From Trichoplax adhaerens (taxonomy: Eukaryota; Animalia; Placozoa), in contig NW_002060943.1 in the NCBI RefSeq assembly GCF_000150275.1, forward strand, positions 1,819,732 to 1,883,731: DNA of 64,000 bases. The letters run 5' to 3'. Shown in pieces: positions 54,688 to 64,000 of the stretch; positions within the stretch are counted from its first letter, which is position 1, and every line of letters begins with the position of its first letter. The position numbers and the translations under genes are program-made. The notes under the pieces are model-generated. The model saw only the letters and a program-made list of their open reading frames with translations. It searched no databases and was not told the DNA's origin.

Positions 54688-54894
54688 TTTCCACCTAAAT
54701 GATCCAAACGCAATCAATTTCCTTTCACTTTTTTCCTTTCTGCCTCTTTCTTCACCATTCACTTGCTGGAGTGGAGTTGATGGAGTAGGACGACGATGAA
54801 AGGTAAGAACTCCACTATAGTACCGTATGAAGCTGAGGTACTGTTTTAGACAGTATCCTTCAATCGCCATCATCCGTTTATCTAGTCAGCAACA

Positions 54895-55510
54895 CGTCTA
54901 GCCAAGCACAGTACAATGTACCGTATACACGTACAGTACATCGGACTGTAGTATGGTGTAGACATGCGTAGTCAAATACTCCCTTGGTTGACAGAGAAGT
55001 GTCATCACGGTCTGGTTCGGTCCGGACCGGACTCCACTCACGTTCTACATCATCTAGTACACAGTATAGGCAAGTGTAGAGTAGAGAACTTTTTTTTTAG
55101 AGACCCTTATACAGAGATCTCTTATCCACGGTCTCTCCTGTGCACTATACAGTACGAGGGAAAAGGGCGATTCTGCAATCAAGACGAAAATGGAGCCTAC
55201 TGGGCACACACTGTAGAGTAAAAGCATGGGTGATACATACTCGAATCAACTACACGAGCTGAAGATAGAATTTTGAGCATCAGATTGAGAGCTTAAAACA
55301 TATCCCTGGTACACAGCAAGTCTACAAGCAGGGACTACTAGAAATCACTGCAGCGCAGTATAGTGTGCCTGTCAGCTCATTTGGATCATAGTGAAGCAAT
55401 ACAGACGTTCGTTACGCTTGAAGTGACCTAACAAATAACCGGCCTGCACATTTTCATCCTTCGGTACTGGTACTGGTATCGGTACCGGTACCGGTACCAG
55501 TGCCGGGGTG
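54895..55510. promoter_or_regulatory. GTAC-rich / palindromic cluster in the divergent EMC6 / CYP upstream interval
   Basis: cagtacaatgtaccgtatacacgtacagtac, ggtccggacc and ggtactggtactggtatcggtaccggtaccggtaccag. The regulatory role is inferred. Confidence 0.4.
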
Positions 55511-56243
55511 CCTCTCCCACTCTCGGGTAAATAAAGATGACAGAGACTCTTTCATTCAAGAATTTTTCTTTCTTTTTAATTTTAGCACAGTAGTCTCTCG
55601 CATGATTGCACCGATTATGGCAATGATTTACATTATATCCAGCCATAGAGTTTGTTTTTCGTTTAACTCTATGTCTCAAGCTCTTGAATGCGTTGACATA
55701 TTACTCCATCGCCTGTTCTGTACCGTGTCTATCATACCGATCGGATGATAAACATAAAGCCAATGTTGGCATCAGGGAAGACTTCGCACCAGGCCTACCC
55801 ACAATCACTATTCAATAAAATCAAAAATTAAAAGGAAAAATACAAGACTATATAGTCTTTTTTCTTACTAATAGCCTACTGTAGCACCTCTTCTTGGATG
55901 TATCTTGTCATTCACCATCTCCGATACTTTGTCCTATAGAACTCATCATCGCCAGTCAACCAACCTTAATTAGAGAGCCGTAGGGGGAACTTGTGTAACT
56001 GTCAAGTCTTCTACCGGCATCATCCTTGGCTAGATCTCTATCTTACAGAGGTCGTAGCATCATTTTTATTCATAACCAGTGAATACTCGTATTGTCTTTT
56101 CTATCTTGAATTCAAACTATCTCTCTCTCTCTCTCTTTATATATAGTATATATTAAACGCGTTATCTTATTCTTTACACCAGTTGTTGACTACGCGCATG
56201 ATATAATTTATTATCAATACGAACTTGGATACCAATAACTGTC

Positions 56244-59200
56244 ATGTCTTGCACTACTTTTCGAGTTTTCAAGCCCTCTCAAGTAACTACACAAGTATGC
56301 CATCCAACTGCTTCATATTTAGCAATGAGATATTCCACAACTTCTGCCAATCCAGTCCATCTTCACTCACAGATGCCCAATGTCAAATCCATGGATCAAA
56401 TCCCAGGACCCAAGGGCTTACCATTTATTGGCACCCTATTGGAATATACTAGAAATGATGGATGGGGATTTAAAAATTTTTTTGCCATGACACAAAAAAG
56501 ACGACGAGAATATGGACCAATCTATAAGGAGAATATCGGTAATAACCGGTTTGTAGTTGTGTCGACATCGCAAGATGTAGAAATAATATTACGTGCAGAA
56601 GGGAAATATCCAAATAGAAATCCAATTGCACCACTAGCAGAGTATCGAAAGAAACGTAATTTATCATTGGGAGTCACGCACTCGTAAGTAAGATTCCATT
56701 GGATATTTCAAACATAGTTTGATACAATCAAACTTCTTCAGAACTTACCAAATATTTATTCTAAATGATAATGTTGTACTGTACTGCTCGACAACTGCAC
56801 CTTACGATTTAGACTAAAGACTCAATACGTATTTTGATAATGTGATTGATCCAATCTGCATTAGAACAGTGTCGAAATAGATAAATTAATAATCATAATG
56901 CTAACAGAACTATAGCAAGATAACTTCAATACTATCGCCCAATGATACATACTGGACGCAATATTGTTACTTAAAATTGGTTAGCTAGCTATCCACTTAA
57001 TACTTGCACCAAATCGGTCACGATTTTCTACCACAATATTATTGTCATAACAAATCAACATACTGTAGTTACACCTACTGCCGATTAACGAGTTAATCTA
57101 ATATCTACATCTTCATCATTGACAAACTGATTAATAGAATAGCATCATTCTCATACTTACTGCTTGCAAATGTTAATTTTAGAAAAGATGAAGAATGGAA
57201 AAAATTTCGTAGTGCGATGGACAAGAAAATGATGAGACCACATGAAGTAACATGCTATTCCGATCGAATCAATGTTGTCAGCAATGATCTCATCCAACGT
57301 CTTAAACGATGTCGTGGCAACGACGGCATTATACCCGATATCGAGAAAGAAATTAATAAATATACAACAGAATGTAAGTAAAATCAATCGATTTACAGGA
57401 TAAAACGTTCTTACACAATCAATATCTGAATTAATTTACGTCTACGCGTATGTTACTAGCACGCAAAGATATAGAAGTAACATGACATCTATAGCTTACC
57501 CTCACTAATCTATTCGTAAACTACCGTTTACATCTAGCTATTGCCACTGTTCTTTTCGAAAAACGTTTGGGAATGTTCAAAGAGCCAATCGAACCTAAAA
57601 CTGAACAGTTCTGTCAATCTCTTACCAAAGTTTTAGAAGCTACTAATGAAATAGTGACTGTCCCTCCCTTCATTTTCAAGTATATTTTTACTAAGCATTG
57701 GAAAGAACTTATTAAATGGAGCGATATCGCTACCGAATTCGCTGATGAGATCGTTGAAGAGAAAAGAAAACAGATTGAAAAGAAGATTGCGAGCAATGAT
57801 AACATGACTCGATCAGACGATAGAGTCGATTTTCTTACTTATGTTATTGCTACGGGTAAATTAAGTCGAAGTGAAGCCAATGTAGCCATGATGGAATTAC
57901 TTTTCGGCGGAGTAGACACGGTATAATAAAAATGAATAACGATACAATGCTAGTGCTCGTCCAAATAAGAAGTTACTGTCGATAATTTGGCAAGGGTTGT
58001 GTAGGTTTTACAAATAGTGCAGAAACTAAATTAATACTAGCTACTTAAGCATTCATTCAATTTAGAAAATTACTTGCATAGTATTTATATTAATCCATAA
58101 CATAAAACTCTACAACTGTTACCATAAACATAATAACACATTATTTTTACGCTGTAGCAATTCGTTTATTGTACATGTCCAGCTCAGCATCATATACTAG
58201 TGGAGAGATAGGAGTCATCCATATGCATGTATTTGTGCATTCGATACTGACATTGTACAGTAATACTGTTATTTCTCAACTAAAATGGCTAATATATAAT
58301 GTTTATATTACATAGCAGAATATATTCATTAATTTGCTGCATTTAAATCTTAATCTCAATACGATGATGATGCTGTAAAATATATATCTGTATACTTATT
58401 ATTTAGGCAGCAACAACTATTCTATGGACTTTATATAATCTGGGTAAAAATCCACGCGTACAAGACAAATTACGAAGCGAGGTTCGTAGTATTATGAAAG
58501 ATAGTAAAGAACCAGATGCAAATTTGATAGAAAAGATGCCATATTTACGTTCGTGTGTGAAAGAAACATTGAGGTTAGAGTACCATTAATAGGGTAAACT
58601 ATGATATCAATTTTACGCCTTGTTGTATGATAATTTGTGATTCAATGACAGTAACATAGGATGCATTTTAACTAAATCAGTCATGTACATTTGTATAAAA
58701 ATATTCAAGTCAAATTTTTAACTATTATAGGATGCATTTTAACTAAATCAGTCATGTACATTTGTATAAAAATATTCAAGTCAAATTTTTCAACTATTAT
58801 AGACTTCAGCCAATTGCCTTTGCTCTGCCCCGAATCATTGGCAATGACCTTGTACTTAGCGGATATAAAGTACCAGCCAAGGTCTATTTCTTCATAGAAC
58901 AAGAAAAGCCTTTTAATGTAGACTGCTGCGAACGATTTATTTCTGATGCTTCCTAATACAACATCTATTTATATAATTATGTATAAAATAGACTTATGTT
59001 TTGATCGCAAATTACGTGATGGGTAGAGACGAGTCAGTTTTTCCCAATCCAAGCCAGTACATGCCGGAAAGATGGTTAAGAGGCAGCGATCGCCAAGGAT
59101 ACAATAGCGAGAGCCGATTTCAATATTTACCATTTGGTTTTGGTCCACGAATGTGTCTTGGAAAACGCGTAGCTGAGATGGAAATACATACTTTGCTATC

Positions 59201-59447
59201 AAAGGTTAGCTTGTTTAAACTTAACCTATTACCTCAAGGATAGAGATAATACCGTATATAGTATACGCGTATAGCACACATAACGATTTGATGATGATTA
59301 AAGGACATTATTCATTCTATTTACACAACGCAGCTAATTTTGGAATATGAGATAAAAACCATGAATCCTACCGAAAATACTCTTGTTAATAGGCTTGTCA
59401 TGGCCGCCAAGGATAAAATGATGATAGCACTTAATGATTTAAAGTAG
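56244..59447 (+). CDS. Mitochondrial-clan cytochrome P450, copy 1 (7 exons)
   Basis: Exons ~56244-56683, 57183-57372, 57538-57920, 58407-58573, 58803-58880, 58992-59203 and 59334-59447. Presequence plus IPGPKGLPFIG, WKKFR, I-helix ELLFGGVDTAATT, K-helix MPYLRSCVKETLRL (adrenodoxin-type basic residues), PERW and heme motif PFGFGPRMCLGKR. Confidence 0.95.
58660..58802. repeat. ~71-bp tandem duplication at an intron 3' end in CYP copy 1
   Basis: gatgcattttaactaaatcagtcatgtacatttgtataaaaatattcaagtcaaattttt(c)aactattatag occurs twice (58660 and 58731). Confidence 0.92.
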
Positions 59448-60489
59448 ATATTATACTATGTTTGTTTTTATGATACGTCGTATGTATTCAATAATCATAC
59501 CCAGTACCTGACGAGATTTTACGAGTAAAATTAAGATTTTTACAACGTAAAATAAACTAGCAAGCAGATTAATGCTTTAACATTGTAGTCCCTTTCAAAG
59601 ATCTGATATTATAAACTATAGCTTCTATTTATTAATAGTAAATTAAACTAGTAATACCACATCTGAGCTCATTCCAATCTAAATTGTTTATCCAAATTAA
59701 TAAAAGATACCGATGTTCCAAGCTACCAACTTCGAATATTTCTAATGGCCTTATAGAGCACATATTTTATTCAGACATGCAGTTCTACACTACATACTAT
59801 CACTGTATTGCCTTGATAAAACTACTGTTATTAGCTGAAATCACTACATGAAGTAACCAGCGAAATAGTCGGCATCTACATTTTCAGTTACCTAATTCGA
59901 TCATTTCCTGGTCCTTGCTAAGAACAGCCATAGACTACAGCGGATAGAGAAAATACTCTACGGTACCGGCCTGAATCTCTCGAAAGTATTTATACTGTAC
60001 TCTATCGCCTGTTCTATACACTATCTTCGATACAGACCGGATCATAATCAAGTCAACGTTTGCATTAGCAACACTAAAATCGAATTGGAGAGGCTGCACC
60101 GCTACCTTTTTCAATCATTATACTGTACTGTATCATTCAATCCTCCTCTAATATCTCTCTATTGACTGTGGAGAAATTGTTCCAGTTATTAACATAGAAT
60201 AGTTCATTAATGTCAATCAACTAATTCAACCATCCTTGATTGAAGAACTCACAGGAGAAACGTCTGCAACAGTCATGTCTTCCATTGGTATCTCATCCTT
60301 TGCCTACATCTCTAGCTTACAGTGGCCGTAAAATCATTTCAGTTCAGTTCATATTGACCTTCTCCATCTTAAATTAAAAGTATTTCTCTGTTCCTCTCTC
60401 TCTTTCTATCTATATATATTGGACGTATTACCTTATTCTTGACACCGATTGGGCGATTCCTGCCAAGATTTATATAAACTTAGATACCA

Positions 60490-63400
60490 ATGATGTCTTG
60501 CACTACTTATCGAATTTTAAAACCCTCTCAGGTTACCGCAGTAGCCTGCCGTCGAAGTGCTTTATGTTTAGGAATGAGATATTCCACAACTTCTGCTAAT
60601 CCAATAGAAGATCACTCACAGATGTCTAATGTTAAATCCATGGATCAAATCCCAGGACCTAAGGGCTTACCATTCATTGGCACCCTATTAGAATATGCTA
60701 AAAATGATGGATGGGGATTTCAAAATTTTTTTGCAATGACAGAAAAAAGACGACAAGAATATGGACCAATCTATAAGGAGACTATCGGCAATAATCGAAT
60801 GATAGTAGTATCGACATCAGAAGATGCAGAAAAATTGTTACGTGCAGAAGGGAAATATCCTAATAGAAATCCAGTTGCACCACTAGTAGAGTATCGAAAG
60901 AAACGGAATTTATCCCTGGGAGTCTCATTCTCGTAAGTTAAATTCGATTGGATATTTCTAATATCCTATTACATCTTCGAACTTCTTCAGAACTTACCTA
61001 ATATTTATTCTAAAATAATATTATTTGTACTGCTAGACAACTACACCTTACCATCTACAGTAAACTAAAGATTTGAGTATTTTTAGAATAAGATTGATCC
61101 AATCTGCATTAGAACAGTGTCTAAATATGGATCGAATAATATTAACTGACTAGCACGAAGATAACATTAACGCTGTCGCATGCTGAATGATACTGGACTC
61201 AATATCGTTACTTAAAAATTGGTTAGCTAGCTATCCAGTTAATACTTGACTTGCACCAAAACCGTCGTAATCATTTACCACATTACTATCACAGCAACCT
61301 GATCTAGTTATTACCGTACTACCGATTAAAGATAACTTCAATGCTGTCGTATGGTGATACATATTGGAGTCAATATCGTTACTTAAAATTAGTTCGCTTA
61401 CTATCCACTTAATACTTGCACCAAGTCGGTCACGATCTCATAACTCGACACTACTATCATAATAACTCAACTTATTTATTAGTATACTACAGGTGAATGA
61501 TCGAATCTAGCTAGTATCTACATCTTCATCATCAATAAACTGATAGTAGCAACATTCTCATACCTATTGCGTGTAAATGCTTATTTTAGAAAAGATGAAG
61601 AATGGAAAAAATTTCGTAGTGTGATGGACAAGAAAATGATGAGACCACATGAAGTTACATGCTATTCTGATAGAATCAATGATGTCTGCGATGATCTCAT
61701 CCAACGTCTAAAACGATGTCGTGGTAACGACGGTGTTATACCCGATATCGAGAAAGAAATCAATAAATATACAACAGAATGTAAGTAAAAATAAATTAAT
61801 TTACTCGAGAAAACGTTGTTACATAATTTATATATCTTAACTATTTTACATCTACATCACTAGTATGCAAAGATATACAATTCACTGTTATATAAAATAT
61901 AAGGTGCATGACGTTTATAGTTTACCCTCACTAATGCATTTGCGAAATGCCATCTATATCTAGCTATTGCAACTGTTCTATTCGAAAAACGTTTGGGAAT
62001 GTTCAAAGAGCCAATCGAACCTAAAACTGAACAGTTCTATCAATCTATTACCAAAATTTTTGAAGCCACTAATGCAATATTGACTATCCCTCCCTTCATT
62101 TTCAAGTATATCTTTACTAAGCACTGGAAAGAACTTATTAAATGGGGCGATATCGCTTCCGAATTCGCTGATGATATTATTGAAGAAAAAAGAAAACAAA
62201 TTGAAAAGAAGATTGCGAGCAATGATGACATAACTCGATCAAACGATAGAGTCGATTTTCTTACTTATGTTATTGCTACCGGCAAATTAAGCCGAAGGGA
62301 AGCCAATGTAGCCATGATGGAATTACTTTTCGGCGGAGTAGATACGGTACAATAAATAAATAAATAATAAATAATAATATTGATAGAATACTAGTGGTAA
62401 CCCAAATAAGAAGTTAGTGTTAATAATTTAGCAAAGGGCATATCGATTTTACAAATAGTGCAGAAACTAAATTAATACTAGCTACTTCAACATTGATTCA
62501 ATTTAGAAAATCACTTTCATAGTATTTATATTAATCCATAATATAAAAACACTACAACTCTTACTAGAAATATAATCCTACAGTATATAATATACAGTAC
62601 AGTGCACTTAGCTATTTAAATAACACAGTATTTTTGTAGTGATTCGTTTATTGTTCATATCTGGCTTAGCATCGTATACCAGTAGAGAGGTAGGAGTCAT
62701 CCATACGCATGGACTGTATTTGTACATTTTATACTGACATTTTATAGTAATGCTCGCATTTCATAATCAAAATAGTTAATGTATAACATATATATATATG
62801 TTACATAGCAGAATATATTCATTAATTTGTTGCATTTCAAGTGCAATCTAAATACGATGATTAATTATATTATACAATATATATTTAGGCAGCAACGACT
62901 ATTCTATGGACTTTATATAATCTGGGTAAAAATCCACATGTACAAGATAAATTACGAAGCGAGGTTCGTAGCGTTATGGAAGATTGTAAAGAACCGGATA
63001 CAAGTTTAATAGAAAAGATGCCATATTTACGTTCGTGCGTGAAAGAAACATTGAGGTTAGAGTTCCATCAATAGAGTAAAACTATCATTTTATGCCTCAT
63101 TGTAAGATTAGCTGTGACTCGATAACGATAATATATATTTTAACTGAATCAGTCTTGTACATTTGTACAAATTAAAAATCTCATTTCTTCTTTTTTACTA
63201 CTGTAGACTTCAGCCAATTGCCTTTGCTTTACCCCGAATTACTGATAGTGATCTTGTACTTAGCGGATATAAAGTACCAGCCAAGGTATATTCCTTTATA
63301 AAATACAGAAAACCCTTTAATGTATAATTTGCAAGATTTATTTTCTATACGTTGACTTTTATTTACAATGTTTACTAATGCAACATTTAATATATATAAA

Positions 63401-63849
63401 AATAGACTTTAGTAATGATCGCCAGTTACGTTATGGGCAGAGACGAGTCAGCTTTTCCCAATCCTAGCCAGTACATGCCGGAAAGATGGCTAAGAGGCAG
63501 CGATCGCCAAGGATACAATAGCGATAGCCGATTTCAATATTTACCATTTGGTTTTGGTCCACGTATGTGTATTGGAAAACGCGTAGCAGAGATGGAAATA
63601 CATACTTTGTTATCAAAGGTCAGTTTCTTCATACTTGATCTATTATCTCAAGTATACAGATATTATACATATAGCATAGTAATTCATAATAATTTGGTAA
63701 TGACTAAAGAATATTATTAACCTTCTAAAACGCAGCTAATTTTGGAACATGAAATAAAAACCATGAATCCTACTGAAAATACTCTAGTTAACAGGCTCGT
63801 CATGGCCGCCAAGGATAAGATGATAATAGCACTTAATGATTTAAAGTAG
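60490..63849 (+). CDS. Mitochondrial-clan cytochrome P450, copy 2 (tandem paralog, 7 exons)
   Basis: Same exon structure and motifs as copy 1 (ELLFGGVDT, KETLR, PERW, PFGFGPRMCIGKR); ends MIIALNDLK* at 63849. Introns are still alignable to copy 1. Confidence 0.95.
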
Positions 63850-64000
63850 ACATCACGCTATACTTATTTATTTTTATGATATGTGTTAAATACTCATACC
63901 TATTACTTTACAAGATTATATCTTTTCGAATATCTTACGAGTAAAATTATTACACATGTAGATATAAAATACATCATATTGGAGCAGAGATCTGCAACTT

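Noticed and set aside
54688-54873. Long N-terminal extension of EMC6 from the ATG at 54873
   Set aside because: In frame but with no EMC6 similarity; the 54687 start gives the family-typical length. Not excluded without TSS data.

Overview
AT-rich, intron-rich eukaryotic (early-branching animal) genomic DNA. The gene content and style suggest a placozoan such as Trichoplax, but this is an inference. By manual splicing I find 12 protein-coding genes: two tandem LAMP-family genes (-), ATG4 (+), sphingosine kinase (-), intronless OTUD3 (-), a divergent Bcl-2/Bax-like gene (+), an intronless single-C2 synaptotagmin-like gene (+), a mitochondrial-type MutS/MSH1 (-), a canonical Bax-like gene (+), EMC6 (-; not recognisable from the ORF track) and two tandem mitochondrial-clan cytochrome P450s (+). 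The most notable observations are: (1) EMC6 has a 20-nt micro-exon flanked by two consecutive U12-type (minor spliceosome) introns; (2) a degenerate Bcl-2-family paralog (BH1 SFGR rather than NWGR) has its own tandem-repeat promoter; (3) dense GTAC/TACAGTAC clusters lie in all four head-to-head promoter intervals, and the TACGCGTA palindrome is over-represented; (4) several unrelated tandem duplications have ~190-200 bp periods; (5) there is a 275-bp MITE-like element carrying telomere-like repeats. No rRNA, tRNA or CRISPR array was seen.
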